Part shown: positions 1 to 11,940 of the stretch, piece after piece
Numbering within the stretch: the stretch's first letter is position 1
Layout: every line of letters begins with the position of its first letter
Assembly: GCF_009834535.1 (NCBI RefSeq)
Contig: NC_045705.1
Coordinates: forward strand, 56,172,001 to 56,236,000
Reading direction: 5' to 3'
DNA length: 64,000 bases
Source: Camelus ferus
Taxonomy: Eukaryota
Program-made: the position numbers and the translations under genes
Notes under the pieces: generated by a model
Database searches by the model: none
Told to the model about the DNA's origin: nothing
The model's input: the letters and a program-made list of their open reading frames with translations, nothing else

Positions 1-43
1 GATTTTATCTTGAAAGCTCCACCCAGGCAAAGAGCAGTTCCCT

Positions 44-108
44 CATAAAGACAGAGAAGACTGAGACAAAACAGACAGAATTCCATCCTGGTGCTCAGTC
101 TGGTGAGT
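44..108 (+). promoter_or_regulatory. Candidate TATA-like box (CATAAA 44-49), short non-coding first exon and splice donor (CTG|GTGAGT at 102/103) of OR52E2
   Basis: Consensus donor. TGGTGCTCAGTCTGGTGAGTC matches the minus-strand TGGTGCACAGTCTGGTGAGTC upstream of the OR52E paralogue (about 15627-15647) at 20/21 nt. Confidence 0.6.
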
Positions 109-469
109 CTTCCCTGTCTCCCAGCTCACAGTGCATCCATAGGACTCAGTGATGGACAAAGGGGAAGAAGAGGAATGCAAGAGAAAGAAAAGTGACATCG
201 GATAAGTTTCGGGGAAAGAAGACTGACTAATGGTGCAGCTTAGGGAAAGAATAGCATCATATTTAGGGAGGATCATATAATTCTAGTAAAAGCATTTAGA
301 TTTCAGCCTGAATCCATTCAATGTGCATTTCAGAAAGATTTTTCTGCCTGATATCTAAAAAATGATGGATGTCCTAGTATCTTTGGAAAATGCTTCAAAG
401 TGTTTTATAAGAATTATCTATTCTAAAATCAAGGGTTTAATTTTAAGGGTTTATTTACACTTATCATTT

Positions 470-540
470 CTATTTTCTACATGAAGAAACTGAAGTACAG
501 AGATGTCAAAGTTCTTGTGCAAGCTCACACAGCCACTTTA
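470..540. mobile_element. MIR fragment
   Basis: gaagaaactgaagtacagagatgtcaaagttcttgtgcaagctcacacagc resembles the MIR core. Confidence 0.5.
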
Positions 541-614
541 TGCAATAGACTGTGATGCGGGAGATACAAAAACAAATGATATATATTCTATCTACCATTA
601 AGGAATTCATATTT

Positions 615-960
615 TGTAAATATTTTATTGAATTTTCACAGCCATAAACAAAGTGCACATGATAAGAGTGTGGCTCAATTAATTTTCTACAAACTGATTA
701 TACCTGTGTAACCAGTATATAAATGAATAAACAGACGTTATCAGCATCCTGAAAGTCCCACCCATACTGACTGCCAGTACTCCAAAAAGTCACAACTATC
801 CTGACTTCTTAGACTATAGATTAGATTTTACTAATTTTAACTTTTATTTAAATGGTCGGTTTCTTTCTCTCATCATTATTTTGTAATATACTTCCATTTT
901 ATGGCGTGCAGTTGTAGACTGTTCATATGTTTGGTCTTTTACTATATACTATATTTAAGA
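615..960 (-). mobile_element. Old L1 (L1ME-like) 3' end fragment
   Basis: aaagtgcaca...acctgtgtaaccag...cagcatcctgaaag...actatcctgacttct is typical of the antisense L1ME 3' UTR. Confidence 0.5.
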
Positions 961-1872
961 ATACAGAAGAAAAAGGCATCGAGTCTTTATGAGGTCATTT
1001 ACCAGCGCCCCAAGTATATATCTGAATTATGTCTTGAAGGATGCTGTTTATAAAATTTGCTTGATGGAACTTTCCATTATTGTTTACATGCTTTTATCCA
1101 TTTTCAGTTTGGACATAACACTGTTATTTTTACCAATTCAAATACAAGAAAGTCAGGGAGAAAATATCAGGGTGTTCCTATGGTAAGATCAAATGGATAG
1201 ACTAACTCTGGGCAGGAGTGAAATTTCAAGATGTTAAACACAAGATTGTAGGTATCATTGATTTGAAAGATAAGAACCAACATTGCTAACAACCCTTCTG
1301 TAACATATCCATCTCACTGTAACTTTGCCTCATCTAAACTTTTGTAATTCCTGAAGACCTTGTCAACAGATATAAGACTACCCTTTGTACCCCTTTTCAC
1401 CTTCATTTATCTATAGAGGTTATATGTTGCCCTTAGGGTTTTACACAATTTAATCAGCAAAGAAAAACTACTTAATGTCCTCCCTCAGGAGCATAAAGAT
1501 TTATATAGCTGAGAAATCAGATCTTGTGCCTTTTTCCACATTCCCAGTTTCCACTCTGATGTTTTGTGTACTTTGTCTATATTTGTCTCCCACTTGGTTT
1601 ATTCATAAAACTTCCTGGCTACTTACCTGATATTTACCCTCTGCATGATCATAGGCTATAACTGTATGACCAGCAAGACATAGTTTTCACTTATTTTATT
1701 TGCAATCGAAGAATATAATACCATTCCTTCCCTCTCCGAAAAGCCAGAGGAGCAGCTTATTTTTACCCTTTAGCAATCAAATCTATAACTAGTACGTAAA
1801 CTTCCGCTGAGAAATTGTTGCATATGTGTATACTGGAAAAAGGAAAACTTTGTTGATTTTAAGATGATTTCC

Positions 1873-2015
1873 ACCCATGGGATTTACAGAAAATCTTGCC
1901 TCCATGAGTAAATTCTACGTTCCATCCTTCTGTTATCCATTGCCATACCTTTTGAAAATATTCATGATTCCGTTGTGACATCACCTTATGAAAGTAGACT
2001 CTGTTCCCGTGGGAG
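1873..2015. promoter_or_regulatory. Two O/E (EBF) binding-site matches: ACCCATGGGA (1873-1882) and TCCCGTGGGA (2005-2014)
   Basis: The second is an exact TCCCNNGGGA match and the first has one mismatch. Both lie in non-repeat sequence 1.2-1.4 kb upstream of the OR52E2 ATG. Confidence 0.5.
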
Positions 2016-2480
2016 CTGCCTCACAGTATCTCCTGCTCCTAGCTTTGCTTGGAACTAGGAATGGTAAACCATTCATACTCAACTGCTTCTTCCGTAACCT
2101 GTTCATTACACTCTTTCTTTCCCTCTTTATATCAATGTCTAGATAATACTCTGACTTTCTTGCTGAAAATGAAATCATAATTAATATTGCTGCCATGGAA
2201 TCTTCAAATGATCAGAAAAGAGACTTTACACTAGAAAATACTTACACACATGGATGAATAGATACTTTGGAAATCCCCTATCAAATGTTATAAGCAAACA
2301 ACATGAAGACATAAAGAAGGGTTTAGGGAACTTTGAAAATGATTGAGTTATCATGCATCTGATTTAACAATAATTTTTTTGTCTCTCTGGTTTTTGATTG
2401 GCATTTTGACATGTATCTTAAACTCCTAAAGTCATAATTGACTCAGCTATAAATGAGGAATACTAACATACTCTTTTCAG

Positions 2481-2572
2481 ATGGATGCTGTGAGTTTTAA
2501 AAAAGACTGTGTATTTTTGTAATGTGTGTGGATTATGTGCTTGTGTGGTACCTATATATATATAAAACATAG
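2481..2572 (+). other. Predicted 92-nt non-coding 5' UTR exon of OR52E2, derived from a MIR
   Basis: TACTAAC (2461-2467), pyrimidine tract, CAG| acceptor at 2480/2481 and TAG|GTAAGA donor at 2572/2573. The surrounding sequence is MIR-like. Confidence 0.45.
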
Positions 2573-3235
2573 GTAAGACATATCCTTTATTTCCATTTTT
2601 CTTCCATTTCCATTCACTACTTTTCTCACTAGTTTAATTTCCCAGACCTTCCATTAAAAGTATTTTAAATTTCTGATAAAGCTCTTAAATACTTTGATCC
2701 TTGGATAACATATATGTAAAACATGTAAAATTAATGTTCTTCTTGAACTTTTTTTTAATATTAGAGATGATTTTTGCTCAGAGACTGGCCAAAAGTCTTT
2801 CAAATAAATGGTAGTTGGTAATTGATGTTGCTGTTTTCAGTACTCTTCTTATCTTATATAATAATGACTAAATACTAATACAATGATTGATTTTAATCCT
2901 TTAAAGTAATTTTTAATATTTTGATGGTTTAATATTTTGATAAATTTTGATAAATCCATGTGCTTATTGATTTGTTATTGTCCATCCTGTGTGTCAATCC
3001 CTGTTTTGTCGTTCAGTCAAGTGGAACTGATTGCCATAATTGTATTTAGAGGCTAGCAGAACCTTAAATTGGTCAGAAGGGTTGGGGGAGGTGTCTATTG
3101 GTGATGATTGCAATAATGAGAGAAGGTAGCTAATTAAGTGTTCTTATACTATCTTTCAAAGCCACAGAAAACTATCCAGTGACCTACAGATTGGGTGAGC
3201 ATACATTCCTGAAGACCTATGCATTACCAAATAGG

Positions 3236-4162
3236 ATGTTCCTTCCCAATGACACCCAGTTTCACCTCTTCTCCTTCTTGTTGCTGGGAATCCCTGGAAT
3301 GGAAACACTCCACATCTGGATTGGCTTTCCCTTTTGTGCTGTGTATGTGATTGCACTCCTAGGGAACTTCACCATCCTGTTTGTGATCCAGGCTGAGCAC
3401 AGCCTACACCAGCCTATGTTCTACTTCCTGGCCATGTTGGCTACCATTGATTTGGGTCTCTCCACAGCCACCATTCCTAAGATGCTTGGGATCTTCTGGT
3501 TCAACCTCAGAGAGATCATCTTTGAAGCCTGCCTCACCCAGATGTTTTTCATTCACAACTTCACACTTATGGAATCTGCAGTCCTTTTGGCAATGGCTTA
3601 TGACCGCTATGTGGCCATCTGCAACCCACTCAGATATAGCACCATCCTCACCAACAAAGTTGTCTCTGTGATTGGCCTTGGTGTGTTAGTGAGGGCATTT
3701 ATTTTTGTGATTCCATTTGTATTTCTCATTTTGCGGTTGCCCTTCTGTGGGAATCATGTCATTCCTCATACCTACTGTGAACACATGGGTCTTGCTCGCC
3801 TATCTTGTGCCAGTATCAAGATCAATATTATTTATGGATTATGTGCAATTTGTAATCTAGTATTTGACATCATAGCGGTTGCCCTTTCTTATGTTCAGAT
3901 ACTCCGTGCTGTTTTTCGTCTTCCTTCCCATGAAGCCCGACTCAAATCCCTCAACACCTGTGGTTCTCATGTTTTTGTAATTCTTGCCTTTTATACACCA
4001 GCCCTCTTTTCCTTTATGACACATCGCTTTGGACAAAATGTTCCCCGCTATATTCACATACTTTTGGCCAATCTTTATGTCGTAGTACCACCAATGCTCA
4101 ATCCGGTTATATATGGAGTCAGAACTAAGCAGATCTATGATCGTGTGAAGACAATACTGTGA
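3236..4162 (+). CDS. OR52E2: Olfactory receptor 52E2 (class I OR, 308 aa)
   Basis: Intact 7TM ORF with NDT glycosylation site, [35 protein letters not shown] and PPMLNPVIY. Closely matches recalled human OR52E2 ([10 protein letters not shown]..., [20 protein letters not shown]). First ATG is 3236; the ORF track begins at a GTG. Acceptor CAG at 3165-3167. Confidence 0.93.
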   Translation: MFLPNDTQFHLFSFLLLGIPGMETLHIWIGFPFCAVYVIALLGNFTILFVIQAEHSLHQPMFYFLAMLATIDLGLSTATIPKMLGIFWFNLREIIFEACLTQMFFIHNFTLMESAVLLAMAYDRYVAICNPLRYSTILTNKVVSVIGLGVLVRAFIFVIPFVFLILRLPFCGNHVIPHTYCEHMGLARLSCASIKINIIYGLCAICNLVFDIIAVALSYVQILRAVFRLPSHEARLKSLNTCGSHVFVILAFYTPALFSFMTHRFGQNVPRYIHILLANLYVVVPPMLNPVIYGVRTKQIYDRVKTIL

Positions 4163-4419
4163 TTGAAACAAGGAAAGGAAAAAGAATGACATGTAATACA
4201 TATGAGGTTCAATATGCAATTTTATGAAACTTAAGTCAGAGAAATGCCTTCTTATAAAAGTTATGTTAGATGTATCTCTTTATTGGCTACCTCCTGTAAG
4301 TATTTCAATGCCTTCTACCAGCTTTTCAGACCACTTCTTCCTCTTATCTACTGCTGTATTCTCTTTGTTCCTTATAATTTCATTTGGCTGGTTATTGCCA
4401 TTTTACTTTATTCTTTCCA

Positions 4420-5340
4420 ATATCTGATTGATATTTTATACCAAAAGTTTTGAATTCATCCATTTTTACTAGATCCATTGGTGTTTCATGGAGCTTCTTT
4501 CTTCTCCCAGTAGAATTATAGTTATTTTCTGAGTGTCTGTTTTCATAACTGCATGCTACTGGGAATAAAATGGTGACTATGCCACTTTCTTTGGCTTTGT
4601 GGAATTTATCAAATTTAAAATTAGTCAAAAAAATCAATTTATAAGCATTCATCCTTTTTCTTTCAGCCTTTTAATATCCTGATAATTGTTTCTCTCTGTT
4701 TACAAGTTATATTTAAAGCAACCTGACAATTTTATTATCTTAATTATACTACTGATTTCATGCACATTTATCATAACTACTGTTATTTATTCTATTAAAT
4801 GTATTACATTATATTTACTATCTTTTACTTCAGCCTGGCCTATAGATCTTTCATGACCAAGATTTTCTTTTTTTGAATTATTTTTGTTACTATTGTAAGT
4901 CGCCTTTGCTTTGCTTTTACGCATAATTTTACAATTAAAATCACTTTAGCCATTGCCCCACAAATGCCCATACAACCTGTCAAATTTTAGTATAAGTTAG
5001 CAGTCTTACCACTTTCTAGTTAATAAGGATCTTTGAAAAATTTTAGTCTCCATATCTGCTTGCTGACATATACTATTGCTGGTTTAATTTACTTCTTATA
5101 AATTTTAAAGCATATTGTTTGGGACAGTCAATATTCACTTAAATGTTCCCAAATATTTACTGTTTCTATTGCTATTTGTTCCTTCTTGCATCTTCAAAAT
5201 TATATCTGTAATGATTTTATTCATGTGTGAAGAATAAACTGAAGTCTTACCTCCTTGATGTAGTTTTGCTGGTGATGAGTTTTCTGCTATTCTTTGCCTG
5301 AAATAATTTTATTTCATTTTAAGGTTATTAGAGGACATAG
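4420..5340 (-). mobile_element. Degenerate old L1 fragments
   Basis: T-rich antisense L1-like segments, e.g. cactttagccattgccccacaaat and ttgatgtagttttgctggtgatga. Confidence 0.4.
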
Positions 5341-5359
5341 TATTCTAAATTTACTGGGG

Positions 5360-6112
5360 TTTTCCAGCTTTATGGAGGTATGATTGACAAATTAAAATTA
5401 TCTATATTTAGCTTGTACAATGTGGTTTTTAAAGTGTACATGTGGTGTTTAATATACGTATACATTATGAAATGATTACCACAATTAAGTTAATTAGCAC
5501 ATCCATCACTTCACATGGTTACCTTTTGATTTTTGGGATAACACTTAAGATCTACTCTCTTTAGCAAATTTCAAGTACACAAACAGTATTATTAACTATA
5601 ACCACCATGCTGTACTTTAAATCCCTTGAACTTACTCACCTTCTAATTGAAAATTTATACCTTTTACCAATATCTCCCTGTGTTCCCACTCCCCAGCCAC
5701 TATTCTACTCTCTGGTTCTGTAAGTTTGACTTGTTTTTAGATTGCACATAAAAGTGAAATCTACAGTATTTGTCTTTGTGTCTGATTTATTTCATTTAGC
5801 AAAATGTCCTCTAAGCAAGATTTCCTTCTTTTTATCAAGGAATAGTATTTTATAGTTTATGGTTTATATATTCTTTACTACATATTCTTTATTGTTTCAT
5901 CTGTTGATGAACATTGAGGTTGTTTCCATATCTGGGCTGTTGTGGATAATGATGCCCTGAACATGGTAGTGTATGGTAGTGTACATATTTCTTCAAGCTA
6001 CTGATTTCATTTCTTTTGGATATATACCTGGAAGTGGGCTTCCTGGATCACATGGTAATTATATTTTTAACTTTTTTGAAGAAATTCCATGCTGTTTTCC
6101 ATGATGCCTGTG
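5360..6112 (-). mobile_element. L1 3' end (L1MA9/L1MB-like)
   Basis: cttaagatctactctttagcaaatttcaagtac...actataaccaccatgctgtac and catttagcaaaatgtcctc match the antisense L1MA9/MB 3' UTR. Confidence 0.8.
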
Positions 6113-6289
6113 TCAAAGCTATTATATAGTAAAGAGGTTAAAATTAAGCACAAAGGAGTCCAAATGCCTGATTTCCACACCAATTTCTACCAATCCCTAG
6201 CCATGTGTCTTTGAGGAAGCTACTTAACCTACATAAGGTTATTCATTGCAGGTATGAAGCAGGTTTATGTAGCCATTATCCTGATATTT

Positions 6290-6573
6290 TATGTCTACAT
6301 TGTTTTCAGTTTTTTAAAGCAATATAGGCTTCTCATCCCTCAGAGGGACAATTCTGAGGTGTGTTCCATTTGGTTCTTCAGAGACCCTAGTACAGTATTG
6401 TTGCCCACAATGGTAACCAACACACTGATTTTATTGAAGTGTTTTTTTTTTTTCCTTTCCTATGTTAGTGTCCCCAGTCCATTACTGTGCTTCCTGAGAT
6501 GAACCTTCAAATAAACTGTAAGCCCTTAAGTCCTTGTTGAAGGCTACACTTTCAGGGGAACCCCAACCAATAT
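6290..6573 (+). mobile_element. ERVL LTR (LTR16-like) 3' part
   Basis: Ends ...aaataaactgtaagcccttaagtccttg...caggggaaccccaaccaa, like the LTR16 terminus. Confidence 0.6.
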
Positions 6574-6819
6574 AGAGGCATTAATAGGATTGTTAGTGTA
6601 TTAATATAGGAGTAAAATTGCTCAACAAAATATGGATCTATTTTCTCTCTGGTTTATGTGTCTATGGGTATATGTGCACTTTTCTTGTTTTCTGAATGAA
6701 AAGCTAATTGTTCTAGAATTATTTAATTATTAGTCCATCATTTTCCCCACTGACATACAACATAGAAGTGCTAAGTACATACATTATATTTTGTATGAAG
6801 TAAATAGTTAAAATGAGGT

Positions 6820-6890
6820 GAATCCCTTCAGGTTCAATAGTTTTTTTGTTTTGTTTTGTTTTTTGTTTTTGTTTTTGTTTTGTATTTTTA
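6820..6890. repeat. T-rich (GTTTT)n low-complexity tract
   Basis: tttttttgttttgttttgttttttgtttttgtttttgttttg at about 6840-6882. Confidence 0.7.
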
Positions 6891-8169
6891 CTTCTGAAAA
6901 TGTATTTTTCTTCTCTCTGTCGTACTTGATAATTTAGTGGGAATCAATTCTGAAATTGACAATTATTTTTCTTCAGAATAGTAAGAATAGTATTTTATTA
7001 TCGACTGGTATTTTTGTTGCATTGAAGAACTTTGCATCTAGACAAATTGTCTTTCCTTTTTTTGGTTTTTAAATTTTATTGCTTATATGTCCTTTTATTT
7101 TCTCTTTATCTTTGATTATTTAAACTTTTAATGCAGTTGTAGAATGTAATTTTATATTATAGTCTGGTAACTATTTTTGAATAAACTTTTGATGTGAATA
7201 TTATATATTTATGCATTTATAAATATTTATAATGAGAAAGTATTCATATATCTTTTAAAACATCATCTTCACCCTATTTTTCAGTTCTTTTAAACATCCT
7301 ATAAATAATAATTTAGAAACTCTTACTCTATGCTCTATCAATGTAAAAACACAACTATCAATTTTATTTTTTTACTCAGTACTATTTGGAAATTCTATAT
7401 AGTTATCTTTTTAGGATATCTACTTTGTTTATTTTATTTGTATTCAGCAATACTTATTACATGATTCTCCATTTTTTAGTTGGTTGTTTCTTTTTACTCA
7501 GTTATTATAAGTATTTATTAAATTTTAAACCTTTCTTTTTAAAGATGATAAATGTAAAAATTTGAATAGGTCTTCATTTTGTTTAGTTATTTCAACTTCT
7601 CTGCACTGATTTATTTTCTTACTGTAACTATTTTGATTGACCCTCTTTATGTGTTGTATTATATAAGTCTGAAGATCCACCTCAAGTGGAGTATTTCTCT
7701 ATCTCCTTTTCCTATTCTTTTTTTATCAGTCTCTTTTTTCCTCTTTCTTTCTCTCTTACTCACTTTACCCTCTGTCCTATAAATTTCACCTACAAATTAA
7801 TTCCTGTCTAGAAATTTTATGACAGTCTCTACTAAAACTCCTGTGATCTCCAGTGCAAAAATTAGTTTTCTAGTTGGAATTTCAGGATCTCTAAGAGGCA
7901 GTGATCAGCAGGTGCTTGGATCATTTGAGTTCAGAAGTTGAGAGTGTGGTCTGTGAACTATAGTCATGCACCTCCATGAAAGTACTGACATAAAAAATTT
8001 AATCCCCAGAAGTGTTTTTCAGCTTTCATTCTGTTGTAGTAAATCCTATCCTAAACTTAATTTTGTATAGTTAGGCTTGTTTTAGTCTTCTGAGTCTGGT
8101 AGAATAATTTAGTCCTCATCAACTCACAAAAGTGGGTACTTCATCTTATTCAGCATCTGATTTTTTCCT

Positions 8170-9300
8170 GGAGTACTTTGTATATACTTTGTTTACTTTT
8201 CGAGGAATAATTTACATGTAGTAAAATGCATAGATCTTTTGTGTGCAGTTTGAGGAATTTTGACTAATGAATGTACTCAGGTTGCCAACATGTAAATCTG
8301 ATTATTTATATTTCCAATATTTCAGAAATACAGTTCATACTACTTGCCTTGTCTCTCAAGATAGCAAACATAATTCTGATTTCTATCACCATGGGATTGT
8401 TTTGCCTGTTCTTGAGCTTTAGCTACACTGTTATAGATACAGTATGTATCCTTTTCCCTTTAGCTTATTTCACTCAGAAAAGTGGAATTTTTAAAATATG
8501 TATTACATTGCAGAATGTACAGTGTTTTTTCCTTTTATATTACTGAGTAATATTTCATTGTATGAATACACTCCAATATGTTTATCCATTGTCCACTTGA
8601 AGTACATTTGGATTGTTGCCCCTTTGGTAGTATTGTGAATAAAGTTACCATGAACATTTCAATACTGGATTTTTTTTGGACAAATGCTTCCATGTCTCTT
8701 GGCTAAACGATTAAAAGTAGAATTTTTAGGTCATAGGATGGATGTAGCAAAATGTATATTTAACATTAAAATATTTCCCCCCTACCATCAACTTTTATTT
8801 TAGTTGTTCCTTATTTGTATTGTCAGTTTACATTGTCATCACTTCATATCATCATTAAATGTGCCAATCTAGTGGGGCATAAAAAGGCATTTTATTAACT
8901 TGAATTCTCCTTATGACTAAAATTTTTAGGCATATTGTCTTGTGTTTATTAGACACTATGTATTTTTCTTTATGAGTACATGTTCAAGCTCTTTGCCCAC
9001 TCTTTTATATAATTTTTTTCATCTCTTAGTTAATTGAGTTATAGGATATCTTTACATAGTCTGAGTTCATGACCTATGTCAGAACTATGTATTCTAAATT
9101 TTTTCTTCCCATCTGTGGTTTGTTGTTTCATTTTCAAATGGTTTCTTTATAGAATACAATATTTTAATTTTGATAAAATCCAAGATAGTCTCCTTTAATG
9201 TATCTTGTTGAAGAAATCTTTTTCTACCCCAAGGTCTCAAGTAAATTACTTTATCATTTTCTTCTAGAGATCTTATAATTTGAATTTTGATAATTAGATT
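8170..9300 (-). mobile_element. Old L1 (L1ME-like) 3' UTR/ORF2 end
   Basis: tttatccattgtccacttgaagtacatttggattgtt...attgtgaataaagttaccatgaacatt...ttttaattttgataaaatcc. Confidence 0.7.
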
Positions 9301-9969
9301 AAGAGCTTAAATTTATCTCAAGAAATCTTCAGAACTTGGATTTATCTCAAGAAATGCTCAGATTCTGTATAAAACTTGAAGGCAGAGCAAATGCAGGTGA
9401 CAGTTTTGATGTGGATTTTCAGAGAAAGACGGGGGTCAAGGATAGGTCCATGTTTTATTTTTCTTAGGACTTTAGAAGTGGGACAATGACCAAAAATTAA
9501 TATATGAAATACAGAAGTGTTATGTGTTTTTAGAAATCTTGGCAACAACAGGCTTTCATTTATAAATAAGGTTAAAAAGTGACCAGAAAAATGTGAAGTA
9601 GAAGAAATAATTGAACAGTAGACATTCAATTTGACTTTCTTTTAAACTTCTTCCTTTACATTTTCATGGCTTAATATTTTATGATACACATTATGTATGT
9701 TCAACATTAAACATTTTACACAATTAACAAATCTTCCAAAAATAAGTCTCTCACAGTTTAGGGATAAATAATTTAACATCCAGGAAATTTTTTTGTGAAA
9801 ATTATATTTTCTTGATATTTTGCATACTGTACACAATTTTATAACTAATTTTTCACTTAATACCAATCATGAAAAGAGTTCAATACCAGTAAAATACCTT
9901 AAAGTAATTCATTAAAGATTATACATATCATTACATTGTACAGTAGTTGTAAAAGTCAAACTGTGAAAT

Positions 9970-10180
9970 CACAGTGGCTGTTTTGGAATCCAGGCTCCAT
10001 GTGGTACTAGCTGCCTGATCTAAGGAAACATAATTTGTATCTGAATGTCTCATTTTTCTCAATTGTGGCAGGATAAAAATAAAACCGGAGCCATAGGATT
10101 ACTGCTAAAATGAAATCAAAAAGTATTTGAAACCTGTGCCTGATACACAATGAGAGCTTTAGAAATATTAGCTATTATAT
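9970..10180. mobile_element. MIR
   Basis: gaatccaggctccatgtggtactagctg...ctcatttttctcaattgtgg...cctgatacacaatgagagctttagaaatattagctattat. Confidence 0.6.
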
Positions 10181-11404
10181 GCTTTTGAGTAATTTTTTTC
10201 TTTATTATTAATTACACATTTAAAATCATACTGATTTCAAATACACTCTGTTTTGATACTCATACCCAAGTTTGTGGACATTTCTCTGTTACTCTTGACT
10301 GATAGTCTTCAAAGTGTATCATCCAATTTTGAGCATATTAGAGCATTTACTCAATTATAGTTTTAACTAAAAATACAGTAGGACTATATTTTCCAATTAA
10401 ATTTGAGAATAATACTAAAGCAATAATGTTAAATCTGTTCCAAAAATAGCATTGGTCTCTGAGACAATGAACATAATAATAACTTTCTTAACAGTTTAAG
10501 TCCATGCTATGTGTCAGACAGTGTTAGCCCTTTGCTCATATTAATGCTTTTCCTTACAAAAAATATAATTCCCCTCCCACTTACGCAGGAGACCCCCCCT
10601 CCCAGCATTGCAGAGTTAGTTATTATAAGTTAAATACCCAGTGTTTTGTCATAGAATATAGGTGGTACATAAGCTGTCGTAAACCTACCCTACAAGCTTC
10701 ATCCCCACTTCAATCTCAGTATTAACCATACTGCTCTACCTTACACGTGAATCTGCAAAAATAAGGTTTTGTCAAATCTCTGTGATTATCCCCATGTTGT
10801 TTTCTCTTCATGAGATGCCTTTGTGTACTAACAGAAAAGTAGTTTTAGGATTCCATGCTATTCATTCACTTATATATGATATCTGAGCATTTATTCACTC
10901 CCTGAATAGAAATTACCCCTTCTTATTCAGAGATTTGATTGTATTTCATAGACTTATATGTTTATCTCTCAACATGCTTCATTGCAGAGATGCTGTGTTC
11001 TCTCAACACACCAGTTTTTATAAGGCAAATTACATTTATAGCCAAAGTATACAAATAACATTAAGAAATTAAGAAATTGTTCTTAAAAGAGAGAGAGAGA
11101 GAGATTTGATATGACCAAAGTACATCCATCACTGTTTTCTAAATGAATAGTGCTTCTATAAAACATATAGGGAATATTTTTAATGAGATGGATATGTATT
11201 TAGTTTTAAACATACTGAATTTCTAGTATTTTGTAAGAATACATTTTTCTTCCACTTAGTCCCCTGGCCTCTTTCTTTCACTTTACTTCCTGTTTCTAAC
11301 TACTCTACTAAGCCAATCAATCAACCCTTCAATTAAACCAATAAGAAAAAAGCTGTTTGTACTCTAAAAGTAAGTGAAATGGAGTACTCAACTAGGTTAT
11401 GAAA

Positions 11405-11620
11405 AGAGGGGCAGAGCAGGAAGAGAAAGCTACATAAGAAATATTGAAGCAGGCTGATGGAGAGAAATTTGGAGGACAGAAAGAGAAAAAGAAATAGAGA
11501 AAATGAGCAACAGAAGAAGGAAGAGAGAAAATGGAAGGGGAGGAAAAGAAGAAAGAGGAGAAGAGGAGAGAGAGAGCTTGAGGGAGAAAGAGGAAGAGAA
11601 AGAGAAGGATGAGAGAACAC
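11405..11620. repeat. GA-rich (polypurine) low-complexity tract
   Basis: About 200 nt almost entirely A/G on the + strand. Confidence 0.85.
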
Positions 11621-11940
11621 CTGGTACCCACAGTGGAAATGAAAACATGTCTTCTGTAAATTGACCCCTTAGATATCTGGGAATCATGAACACATCTTAT
11701 GCTTATCTTCAAAATAATCATATAGAATGTTTGCTAATCCAGCTTGATATCTAGAATCCAAAGCTTCCTATTCTCATTCCCTGAATGAGTTAATACACAC
11801 AAAAAGACATCCTTCCCATTAAGTGATCCTGGCTGTACCTCGTTTACAAGGCCTAATTTCAGGGCATCTCCTCATTTATCAGATGTATACATGTTAACAT
11901 GTAATCTTTAGGACCAAAACAGGAGGTGTTTATCTTCTGT

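Noticed and set aside
3447-4219. Overlapping and antisense ORFs on OR genes (also 11926-13094, 19131-19337, 29065-29271, 33890-34800, 53055-53240)
   Set aside because: Shadow ORFs from alternative frames of real OR coding sequence.
9311-9355. ATTTATCTCAAGAAAT repeated at 29-nt spacing
   Set aside because: Tiny local duplication at an L1 edge with no functional signature.
11167-11187. TTTTTAATGA (H/P-element-like core) next to an AGGGA half O/E site
   Set aside because: A single short AT-rich match downstream of a gene, expected by chance in this base composition.
11333-11721. Hydrophobic S/L/F-rich ORFs
   Set aside because: Translation of a GA/CT low-complexity tract.
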